Shown here piece by piece: positions 1 to 10,074 of a stretch of 33,049 nt of DNA. Below the pieces are notes generated by a model. That model saw only the letters and a program-made list of their open reading frames with translations, had not been told where the DNA came from and did not search any database. A program made the position numbers and the translations under genes. Numbering within the stretch: position 1 is the first letter of the stretch; each line of letters begins with the position of its first letter. Source of the stretch: Octopus sinensis (lineage: Eukaryota); NCBI RefSeq assembly GCF_006345805.1, contig NW_021832749.1, forward strand, positions 1-33,049, written 5' to 3'.

Positions 1-230
1 CCTGCATGGGGTGGATGCAGATGTCTTTAAAATGAAAACTGAATCTCTTCTTGTCAGGTATCCCAGATGAACCAACTTCACGGCAGGAGGTGCAGATGAG
101 GGCAGCTGCATCGAACCCTAATGCACCAAATGGCAAGTGCTAAAAAGCATTCGTGAAGTAAAATCACATAGCAACACCAAATGGCGGTGCCCAAGCATGG
201 CCACAGCTCGTGAGCTGAAACCAGAGAAAA
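1..230 (+). mobile_element. Probable 3' part of a SINE-like repeat
   Basis: Ends in ggcggtgcccaagcatggccacagctc, resembling the SINE tail seen at 6256, 26991 and 31331. The body is not otherwise assignable. Confidence 0.45.
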
Positions 231-242
231 AAAATAAAATAA

Positions 243-330
243 TTATATATATATATACATACATATATATATATACATACATATATATATACACACATAC
301 ATATATATATATATACACACACACACACAT
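243..330. repeat. (TA)n/(TACA)n/(CA)n compound microsatellite
   Basis: Read directly from the sequence. Confidence 0.95.
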
Positions 331-331
331 A

Positions 332-695
332 CTTTTACTTTCTTCTGTGATTTGACTGTGGTTAGGCGTGAGCACGGCCTTCAGTCGAGGAAATCAACCC
401 CAGGACTAATTATTTGTAATCCCAGTACTTATCCTGTCGGTGTCTTTTGCTGACCCGCTAAGTTATGGCGATGTAAACACATGAGCATTAGTTGTCAAGC
501 AATGCTGGGGGACAGACAGATACACACGCACACATATATGACAGGCTTCTTTTAGTTTCTATCTAACAAATTCACTCACACTGGTTTTGGTCAGCCCAAG
601 TAGAAGACACTTGCCCAAGGTGCCGCACAGTGCGATTGAACGGAGAACCATGTGGTTGGTAAGGAAGCTACTTATCACACAGCCACTCCTGCGCC
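332..695 (-). mobile_element. tRNA-type SINE, near full length
   Basis: Reverse complement starts ggcgcaggagtggctgtgtg and is colinear with the SINE at 30995-31380. Confidence 0.85.
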
Positions 696-737
696 TCACA
701 CACACACACACAAATATCCATATATACCTGTATATAT

Positions 738-1011
738 GCAAATGCATGGTTGTGTGGTAAGAAGCTTGCTTCCCATCCACATGGTTTCGGATTCAGTCCC
801 ACTGCATGGGACCTTGGGCAAGTGTTTTCTATTAGGACCATGGGCTGACCAAAGCCATATGATTGTATTTTGTAGAAGGAAACTGAAAGAAGCGTATTGT
901 ATATGTTTGTGTGTATTTACGTACCTGTAACTTGCTCATGAAAAGAAACCAATAGATTACTAGGTTAAAAAATAAGGCCTGGGGTAGATTTGTTTGATTA
1001 AAACCCTTTAA
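738..1011 (+). mobile_element. tRNA-type SINE, 5' part (split by piggyBac; tail at 6256-6300)
   Basis: Colinear with 30995-31330 up to ...gattaaaacccttTAA. The expected continuation ggtggtgcttcagcatggccacagtcaaat resumes right after TTAA at 6252-6255. Confidence 0.85.
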
Positions 1012-1283
1012 TCGTTTAGTGTTCAGATTAATGTCGAATGTAATTCAGGTTCAAGAGTGGTGTCCACATACTTGCTTGTAACTTTGTTAATATTTTACAT
1101 ACAGATTTGAAAATTCTTCAGTGGGTGCTTATATACCAGTGGTTTATAATTATGTAATTTTAGCTGATCTTTCTGATTAAATTTGACTTGTATCAGTAGA
1201 TAAATTCAATTAATAGGTGATTAACACTAAAATTGAAATTCTTAATACATCTTACCTGTTTGATTTGTTACTAAAATTATCTT

Positions 1284-2106
1284 GGATTGGAGGGGGTGAG
1301 TAAAACATAATTTAAATGAGAGGGAGAGAGAGTATTTTGTAAGGAATTCTGGGGAATGGAATAACGAGGTGACCCTGAAAGCAAAGGAGGAATTGAAAAA
1401 GACAGGAAGCCATGTTTACAATATGGCGAAATAGATAATAGAGAAATGGGATTAGGGTTACAATCAACGCTTAAAATATGAATATGAATGACAGGTTAAA
1501 AGTTAAGATCGCTTAGCTGGTCATTTTTCTGAAATCCGTGTTGTCAGCAAGTAGATCGAGTAGTGGGACGAAATAAATCGTACACTGGTTTATAAAGAGT
1601 TAGGGATTGGGGGGGGGGGGTGAGTAAAACATAATTTAAATGAGAGGGAGAGAGAGTATTTTGTAAGGAATTCTAGGGAATGGAATAACAACGAGGTGAC
1701 CCTGAAAGCAAAGGAGGAATTGAAAAAGACAGGAAGCCATGTTTACAAGAATGGCGAAATAGATAATAGAGAAACGGGATTAGGGTTACGATCAACGCTT
1801 AGAAATATGAGGTTGAATATAATTCGTAGGGAATATTCTGCAACAAAAATTACACACCATCTAGAAACTTTGGAAATTGAGTAGAACATAACTTAAATGA
1901 GAGGGAGAGAGAGTATTTTGTAAGGAATTCTGGGGAATGGAATAACACAGGATGACCCAGAAAGCAAAGGAGGAATTGAAAAAGACAGGAAGCCATGTTT
2001 ACAATATGGCGAAATAGATAATAGAGAAATGGGATTAGGGTTACAATCAACGCTTAAAATATGAATATGAATGACAGGTTAAAAGTTAAGATCGCTTAGC
2101 TGGTCA
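1284..2106. repeat. Tandem copies of a ~320-bp unit (full 1284-1603; truncated 1604-1810; truncated ~1878-2106) of an unclassified family
   Basis: Near-identical direct repeats beginning ggattgg/tgagtaaaacataatttaaatgagaggg. CpG-containing and purine-rich on the + strand. Confidence 0.9.
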
Positions 2107-2221
2107 TTATGTTCTACTCAATTTCCAAAGTTTCTAGATGGTGTGTAATTTTTGTTGCAGAATATTCCCTACGAATTATATTCAACCTCGTTGCTCCTTC
2201 GAAGTGCGTCCACCCTCCCAC

Positions 2222-2498
2222 CCCCTCCACCAATACCGGAAGTTTCTACCTCTGTTTTGACTCCTACCCCACATATACATCCACTAGCACCCCTATGTTG
2301 GTTTTATTTGATCATATAGAGCAAAAACGGTGAAACGTATGCAGGTTGTAGTCTCATCCCCTCCACCAACACCAGAAGTTTCAACCCGTCTTACTTGACT
2401 ATCCCCACCCCCGCGTATACCCCCCCAACCACACCCCTATGTAGGGTTTATTTGATCATATAGCGCAAAAACTGTGAAATGTATGCAGGTTGTAGTCT
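2222..2498. repeat. Two tandem ~136-bp units immediately upstream of the RTE ORF
   Basis: 2222-2354 and 2358-2498 share cccctccaccaa...tttatttgatcatatag.gcaaaaac.gtgaaa.gtatgcaggttgtagtct. Confidence 0.85.
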
Positions 2499-2531
2499 AG
2501 TGTTTCAGTATGAAATCTGCTTTCTTTTCAG

Positions 2532-4815
2532 GTACACGACACGGCTGTCCCTCATCCCAGGGTCTCAGAGGCCAACACCTCCCACACCCTCAGAGTTGGC
2601 ACACTGGAAGGTAGGTCTGGAGAGATTGTTGAGCTGCTTGAACGGAGACGTGTGGATTTATGCTGCATCCAGGAAGTAAGGTGGAGAGGAGGTTCCGTTA
2701 GGCTCCTCACAGGCAAGGAACACAGGTACAAGATTTTCTGGGCAGGGAACACTGACGGGGTTGGGGGCATGGGTATACTTCTTGTGGAGAAATGGGTAGA
2801 TAAGGTAATCGAGGTAGTTAGAGTAAGTGATAGAGTACTTAAGATTAGATTAGTGCTTCACCATAGGTCAGCTACCATCATCTCGGCATATGCCCCTCAA
2901 CCAGGGCTATCAGAAGGACAGAAAGACCAATTCTATGACACCCTATTGCGGACTACCTCGTTGACAAATGACAGTGACCTTCTCTTTGTGGCAGGTGATT
3001 TCAATGGACATGTTGGACGGCATGTCGGGGGCTTCCATGGAGGCTACGGGTTTGGCTCTCGAAATGAGGAGGGAACCAGGCTGCTGGAGTTCTGCGATGC
3101 AAATGACCTTATGGTTTGCAATACCAACTTCAGGAAACCCACCTCTCACCTAGTCACCTACCGTTCTGGCAGACACACTAGTCAGATTGACTACATCCTT
3201 GCCAGAAAGAGGGAAAGAGGGCTGCTTATAAATGCCAAAATCTTTCCAAGCGAAGAATGTACTCCTCAACATAGATTAGTAGTTAGCGACATCAGGATCA
3301 GAGCTAAATGGTTGCCTAGAAGAAGACCAGCTTGGAGGAGAAGGGTCTGGAAGCTTAAAGATCCTGCAAATGGACAGAGATTTAGAGACGTACTACTCGA
3401 AGCCTTTGATGAAATAGAAGGGGATATAGCTTCACTTAATGTGGAAGACAACTGGAGATTTCTATGGGACAACCTGCTGACAGCTATTAGACAAACCTGC
3501 TGACAGCTATTAGGGCTATTAGACAAAAGAAACAGGCTTGGAGGGACTGGAAGAACGGTGGTAGCAGGGAATTGTATCAGACAGCCAGAAGGGAAGCTAG
3601 GAGACAGGTTTATTTAGCCAGAGGGGAAGCGGATAAGAAAAAATTTGCCAATGTTCTGAGCCGTGAGGATGAAAGACTTGAGGTATTTCGTGTTGCAAGA
3701 CAGTGTGTGAGAGAGAATCGTGATGTTGTAGGAGAGAAATGTGTCCGCATGGATGATGGTTCACTTGCGCTAAATGAGGATGCAAAGAGAGAGGTTTGGA
3801 GATGCCACTATGAAAGGTTGCTGAATAAAGAAAATGAATGGGATAAAGAGAGTCTGCCAAATGTCAACCCAACAGAGGGACCAGCCATCTGAGTTGACAA
3901 TTCTTTGATAGTTAGAGCAATTAGAAGCATGAAGACAGGGAAAGCCCCAGGCCCATCAGGAATTACTGCAGAGATACTCAATATATCTGGCAGTGTCGGC
4001 TATAGCCAAGTCACCTGTATAGTTAATCAGGTGATACACGAAGGAGTCATACCCAATGACTGGTGTAGCAGCATACTAGTCAACTGCTATAAAGGTAAAG
4101 GAGACGCCCTAGATACAAATAATTACAGAGGTATCAAGCTGTTGGATCAGGTAATGAAGGTTACAGAGAGGGTCATAGCCCAACTGATTAGGGAGAGAGT
4201 CAACTTGGACAAGATGCAGTTTGGTTTCATGCCAGGGAAAAGCACCACTGATGCCATATTTCTGGTGAGACAGCTACAGGAGAAATACCTAGCCAAAGAT
4301 AAGCCCCTGTACCTGGCTTTCGTTGACATGGAGAAAGCCTTTGACAGGGTCCCCCGATCCCTTATCTGGCGGTCAATGAGGAAACTAGGGATAGATGAAT
4401 GGCTGGTGAGGGCTGTGCAAGCCATGTACAGGGATGCTGTACGTAAGGTTAGGGTTGGCAACATGTACACAGAAGAATTCAAAGTAGAGGTTGGGGTCCA
4501 CCAACCACCTCGACTGGCTCTGGGAAGCCAGAAGGCTGCACCAGGCTCCGGTCTTATCTGGTGGCATGTAAAATGCACCAATCCGACCGTGGCCGATGCC
4601 AGCTTTGCCTGGCACCAGAGCAGGTGGCACGTAAAAAGCACCCACTACACTCACGGAGTGGTTGGCGTTAGGAAGGGCATCCAGCTGTAGAAACATTGCC
4701 TGATAAGACCAGAGCCTGGTGCAGCCTTCTGGCTTCCCAGATCCCCGGTCAAACCGTCCAACCCATGCTAGCATGGAGAACGGACGTTAAACGATGATGA
4801 TGATGATGATGATGA
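2532..4815 (+). mobile_element. RTE-clade LINE copy 1 (APE endonuclease plus N-terminal RT; internally deleted; 3' UTR and (GAT)n tail)
   Basis: CCIQEVRW, GDFNGH and SQIDYIL endonuclease motifs; KAPGPSG, YRGIKL, QFGF and AFVDMEKAFD RT motifs. The ORF breaks at GVHQ (4504). Ends ccatgctagcatgg...(gat)n. Confidence 0.95.
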
Positions 4816-5169
4816 TGTCAACCGCTAACAATTTCGCCACTTTGCAAGATGTGGTACATTAATTTGAAATAAAATATAGTATAATTGGTACAAAATTTTA
4901 TTCTTTCTTTTTCATTCAAACATTTTCATTGAAAATGAAGTACAAAACTCTTTTACTAGTCAATGTACCACTGGCTATGCACTCTAATACAATTTAATGA
5001 ATACATTTACATAACAGAATGCATCTAATAAAAAAAACCACATTAACAGGTGAGACAAAGGTAAATACAGGTTTGTAATATTTTGAAAATTATTTGTAAT
5101 AAAATGAAATAAATAAATGATAGTATTACTATCAAACCACAAAATATAGTTATGCCATATTTCTATCAT

Positions 5170-5980
5170 GAAACTGTTCAAAGCACCCTTTACACAAGAC
5201 CACTTTCCAGAATGAACACCTACATGAGGTCTTGACCTGAAATCCTTTCGCAATTTTCTTTTTTTGCAGCAAAGAGTCTTCAAACTTTTTTGCTTCCATT
5301 TACTTTCTCCACTCAATATTTTCTGTTGACATCCACCTCAGTTAATTTTGTTTTTCTCCCAGTTCTTTGCTTTCTGGAAGAAAAGCACTCACGTAACTGA
5401 GATGCAATGTCAGCTCGAAATTTCAAATGGTTGTAGCCCTTTGGTGGAAGAGGTACCTTGTGGTTTTTTACATAAACAATATATGAATTAACTATAGTTA
5501 GACATAATGCTGGAGATATATGGACCACCATACCTTATATCATGACTCCAGTAGTTCCACAGTCGAGGAAGCTGCTTGATACCAAACAATGTTATAAAAA
5601 AAGCTCACATTTCCACAGTATCAATTGGCTGCCATAGTAGATCGGGTCTTCCACAAATAGAAATTATGCATTGAACATATTTTATTTGTTTCCTCAATGA
5701 CAGTTTCAAAAAAACTTTTTGGTAAAAATAAAAATAAATAGTTTAATGGTTGAGCATCGGGAGGTAGAATGTGTTGTTGGTTAGTATTTTCTGTAAAATC
5801 GAGAATTGTGGTTGATGTAATCTTCAACCATGTTGCCATAACGTTTCCAATATCATTTTCATCACTTTCATTATCAAAATCTTCCTCATCCGACAAAGAT
5901 TCATAAATACCAATATCAGATTTGTCCGAAGACACTGTTTTTGTTAATATTTTGTACATCATCCAGAGTGAAACGTTCAA
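5170..5980 (-). pseudogene. piggyBac (PGBD4-like) transposase relics: N-terminal and C-terminal parts, catalytic core deleted
   Basis: Acidic N-terminus plus PDAQPLNYLFLFLPKSFFETVIEETN (ORF 5621-5980). C-terminal IVNSYIVY...HLKFRADIASQL...SSRKQRTGR (5313-5531), followed by a decayed Cys/basic tail. Confidence 0.8.
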
Positions 5981-6255
5981 AGTTGGAATCGCTTCTTGCT
6001 AACTCCATATTGCTAAAAACTAAGATATACACTTCTCTTCAAATGTTGGGGAAAAAAAAAAAAAAAAATCTAAAAAATTTCATGGTATTTTTACTATAGC
6101 AGGAAAGGTTTTATCTCAAAGCTATGAAAATTCAATAACGTGATTTGTTTATTTTTTTAGCAATGTTTTTTAGAGGAATCAGATACAGCTGATTTGGCCG
6201 GTTCAAACAAATAAGGGGGAATTATTTTCGGATAGTATGAACACTAAAGGGTTAA

Positions 6256-6300
6256 GGTGGTGCTTCAGCATGGCCACAGTCAAATGTAAAAAGTAAAAGA
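6256..6300 (+). mobile_element. 3' tail of the SINE interrupted at 1011
   Basis: ggtggtgcttcagcatggccacagtcaaat...aagtaaaaga matches the tail at 31331-31380. Confidence 0.8.
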
Positions 6301-7663
6301 TATTATATGACGTTAAATGATGATGATGACATGTATATACACACACACACAATATGTATAGAAGAAAAAATTAACACTTTTGTCCCTTTGAATGATTCAT
6401 CATGATTTGTTAAAGAAATTTTTGTTTTTATAAACAAATTTCAACCAAAATTAAACATGTAAAAAATATATTTATAAAAAAAGAAATTTGGGAAAAAACT
6501 AACTTTCCCAGATGAAACCAAATTAGATTGCTACTAGATATTATCATTAATTATGTTCTCATTACTGTCACCAAAGTAACTGAAAAAATTCACTTAACCA
6601 ACACACTCTACACTTTCTCTCACATGCACATACTGAAACACACACACACTTTAAAGCCTTCCCAAACAATTTGATGGATTCTATTTTCGTCTGGGGAACA
6701 TGACAACTGAGCAAAAACTATGGAATTAAATCTCTCCAATGCATATCTGAAACATTTGTAAGCCTTCAATAAATATATAAAATCTCTTATTTGTGTATAT
6801 TTTCTCTCTTTATGTATATATCTATAACATATATATATAGATGTATATACCCAATGACTGGTATAGCAGCATTGAAGTCAGTTGTTAGAAGGGTAATATA
6901 GTAAAAGGTTCAAATCACACTAGGGTAAATTTCACAGATAACTCAAGATCAGCCAGGTTGGCAGATGAGTAGAATTGTTATAGCATTGAATGACATGCCT
7001 TGCTATATCTGTTCTACCTGTTTGTGTTTTGATGGCAGTGCCTATGATGTCACTGTTGCCAAGCTGTGTACACACTTGCGTTTCCTTTGGACAACGGTGG
7101 TGGTGTGAGGAGTGGGGAGACTTGGATGCATGCGTATGAAAAAAAGCAAAAACCTCATACTGAAGGCTTGGAGCAGAGTAGATTCTGCTACAAGCAGTCT
7201 TGCACCCAGTGGTGTGAAAGTAAAACCTTTCAGCTGAAAACAAAATATTCTTCCCACAATCTCCCACACAGTTACTGTCAACTAAATTTCAAACACAAGG
7301 CTTTGGTTAACCTATAGCTAGTACAGAAAGTTAGTGCTGTCTCAATGAGAATGAATCTTAAAGTAATGTAGCTACACAGGTATGTTTTAGAAATAGCAGG
7401 CATAATCTGCATCAAATCACATCCAACAATCTTAAAAGAGGACAGTGTGGGCAATATAGTACCTAATATGCAAAAATAAAATGAAAAACAGGATCAACAT
7501 GATTGCTAGTAGGTCTGCTTGAACAGAGCTACCCTGGGGCTAAACAATACAAACTTTATAAAGATAACACTTTGCCATCTTATTTTACTGAGTTCCACAT
7601 CCAAAAAATGTTTTCATCTTGACCATCATACGCTATAAGATTCTAATTAAATCATTAACTCAC

Positions 7664-7799
7664 GCAATATTAGATGGCATATACAACAGAATGGGTACAA
7701 CTGGGGAGTCTTTGTTTCCATAGACGATGACGTTAAGTTCATTAAGGCGACGCCGGAAATAGCGTACATTCCATTTCAGCTGACGGATGCGTTTCTTTC
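7664..7799 (-). CDS. SPTLC2: SPT LCB2-type exon F (136 nt)
   Basis: Bounded by tttctttcag| and GC|gtgagt. Encodes [45 protein letters not shown], with YFRRRL and DSPVVP motifs. The next exon was not found to the left within the window. Confidence 0.95.
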
Positions 7800-8335
7800 C
7801 TGAAAGAAATATGGGGAAAAATGTGAAAATATGAAACAAGAAAGACAGAGCTAAAGGAAGCTTCCTAACTACATCAGTTTAAATGGTTATGGAAGAGCAG
7901 TTTGACCAAGGATGTTGATACACATCTTCATATTCTGGAATCTTCTCTTTTTTGGTGAGGAGTAAGAGACAAAAAGAAAGAAAAAAGGAGAGCGACAGAA
8001 AGAAATCAACATATGACAAAAGATGGAAATAGCAGAGAGATGTTATTTCCATTTTTTCTACTAGCAAACTGAAAGACAACACAAAAGAACAGTAGAAGTG
8101 GAAAGCTAAAATGATTAAATAATCAATTAAAAATGGTTACAGACAATTGGTATAAACAATGGCATGTGTGCTTAAGTTTCTAATGCAACGAAAAAGGTAT
8201 AACTTTTAGTCATCGCTACTGCTAATAAAATCAATAGAATCTATCACCCAGTAACACCTATGGTTCAGGCAGAGAGTCTTGAACAAAAAGAAATTGACTT
8301 TTAAGACAGAGCTGATTCAGGAGAAAATAACTTAC

Positions 8336-8462
8336 CCTCTGTTGTACCATCAGCTCCAGAGATCACCCTGATTGTGCTGATGATTTGTTGGGCTACAGCA
8401 GGTGACATACAGCTAGCATACATGCTGCTGTGTGATTTTATCCTTAAATAGTTAATCAAATC
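8336..8462 (-). CDS. SPTLC2: SPT LCB2-type exon E (127 nt)
   Basis: Bounded by ttctccag| and G|gtaag. Encodes DLINYLRIKSHSSMYASCMSPAVAQQIISTIRVISGADGTTE(G). Confidence 0.94.
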
Positions 8463-9459
8463 CTGGAGAAAAAAAAACAATTTTTGTTAAAAATCAAACA
8501 ATCAATCAAATGAATTCTTTAACTCTTATTTGCATATATTTGGTAAAACACACATAATATTCCTCATTTATCATCATCATTTTCATTTTACATCAGTTTT
8601 CCATGCCAATATGGGTGAGAATAGTTATGATCCAAGTTAGCTCACTACTTGAGTCCAAGGATCAGGTTTCACTCAGATCCCTCAGTTTGGTATGACACTG
8701 GTAATAGAAAGGTGATGAAAGCCCTTAGAAAGACTAAAGCATACGTCATCCAATATGGTCAGTCATCTCTCAATACTCAACAATACATTTAAGTAATTAA
8801 CATATCTGATAAAGTGAACATAAAAAAGCAAACTAGAAATAAATATGCGAGAAAAATGCAGTACTAGTAATACTTTCATCAAGTACAAGAGAACCCCAGA
8901 TATATTTTGTTCTTATTCTGACCTCCTCAGCTGTCATCATTTGCATTAGCACTTAAATTTTATGAAGGCATGTGGCCTCGTGGTTACGTTGTTAGGCTCA
9001 TAAGGCCATGCACATGATTCCTAGACTGAGTAATATACTTCATTGCACATTGTTCTAGTCTTTTCATCTGTCATGAGTTTCAGTACTTGTGCAGACTTCT
9101 GTCTCTCCAGTTATCACATCAAATTATCTGCTGGTTGAGGGCAAGGACATTCACAGAGTGTCTATATCTGCTAGCAATTACATTAGTGGTTAAAATAATT
9201 ATTGAAAGCATAGTACATTATGAAGCTGTATTCACTTAAATGAAGTGGTTAGCTGTATTTAGGTTCCCTTAAAACCTAAAGTATGGTAAGTTGTTTGATC
9301 TGAGATATTGCAAAAAAAAAAAAAAAAATCAAGTGTCACTTTTAATTTCTTCATGTGAACTTTTAAATGAAATTCATCCCTACTAGTGAATTGTGACACA
9401 AAACCAAGACACAAACATTTGTAACTCAATAGAAAAACCTTTAAAACTTGTCTGATTAC

Positions 9460-9679
9460 CTTTGAGCCACCAATATATCCACCAGCTGAGGCAAAGCTTT
9501 TAGTAAATGTTCCCATCATAACATCAACTTCACATGGATCAATTCCAAAATACTCACAGACACCGCGACCATTATCTCCAATAGCACCGATGCTGTGAGC
9601 TTCATCAAGATACAAATAAGCCTTGTACTTTTTCTTTAAGTGCACTATTTCAGGAAGTCGGCAGATAGAACCTTCCATG
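9460..9679 (-). CDS. SPTLC2: SPT LCB2-type exon D (220 nt) carrying the PLP-binding lysine
   Basis: Bounded by ttttag| and AAG|gtaatc. Encodes [73 protein letters not shown], with DEAHS and GTFTKSF motifs. Confidence 0.97.
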
Positions 9680-9862
9680 CTAAAAAGATATAATTGATAA
9701 AAATAAAATAAACCTTCATTTTCTACAGGAAACTTTTATTGGAAATATGTCATTCACACATGCATTCTTTCACAGGGAAGATGCCAAAAATTTTATACAT
9801 GATGTGTGTGCGTATATATGTACACATATCTGCATATACATATATGAACATACATACATATA

Positions 9863-10070
9863 CAGGGGTTGGACAAAATAATGGAAACACCTAGCATCTT
9901 AATTTTGAAATATCTATAAAACCATCAAAAGCTTGATTATTTTCATTTTTAAAAGTTTATTATTAGCGTTATTATTAGTTTTATTCATTATTAGAGAAAA
10001 ATTACAGCCATAGACTTTTAAATGGTAGAAATTTTCAGCTACAGACTGATCATTGTCTGTTATTATCTAT
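9863..10070 (+). mobile_element. Tc1-like terminal fragment
   Basis: TA|CAGGGGTTGGACAAAATAATGGAAAC resembles a Tc1-type terminus with TA target. No partner end was found, and the segment is cut by an RTE fragment. Confidence 0.5.
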
Positions 10071-10074
10071 ATAT

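Larger units (their letters stand above)
1012..6251 (-). mobile_element. Internally deleted piggyBac-family DNA transposon with TTAA target duplication, carrying nested insertions
   Basis: TTAA at 1008-1011 and 6252-6255. Terminal inverted repeats tcgtttagtgttcagatta versus reverse complement ccctttagtgttcatacta match at 15/19. Transposase relics lie inside. Confidence 0.85.

Noticed and set aside
1256-1270. 15-nt phase-2 microexon candidate on the minus strand (ttttag|TAACAAATCAAACAG|gtaag)
   Set aside because: It lies inside the piggyBac relic, and its pyrimidine tract comes from the adjacent insertion. It has no similarity to SPT, so chance splice signals are likely.
1446-1460. TTAGGG motif in the 320-bp unit as a telomeric seed
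   Set aside because: It is a single hexamer per unit with no array.
1809-1887. RLNIIRREYSATKITHHLETLEIE* resembling a Penelope GIY-YIG C-terminus
   Set aside because: Only the LETLEI motif is suggestive. The upstream frame on the inverted copy closes after about 20 codons with no GIY/YIG or RT motifs.
2300-2500. TTGATCA...GAAAC in the 136-bp units as a hammerhead or HDV-like ribozyme
   Set aside because: The core mismatches CUGANGA, and stems I and II cannot be formed. No HDV pseudoknot could be traced.
1-7663. Remaining 3' SPT exons (GFPAT/ESRARFC region), and the upstream GSYNYLGF exon right of 29552
   Set aside because: These motifs were not found by manual scanning and presumably lie outside the window. 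I cannot exclude having missed a diverged exon.
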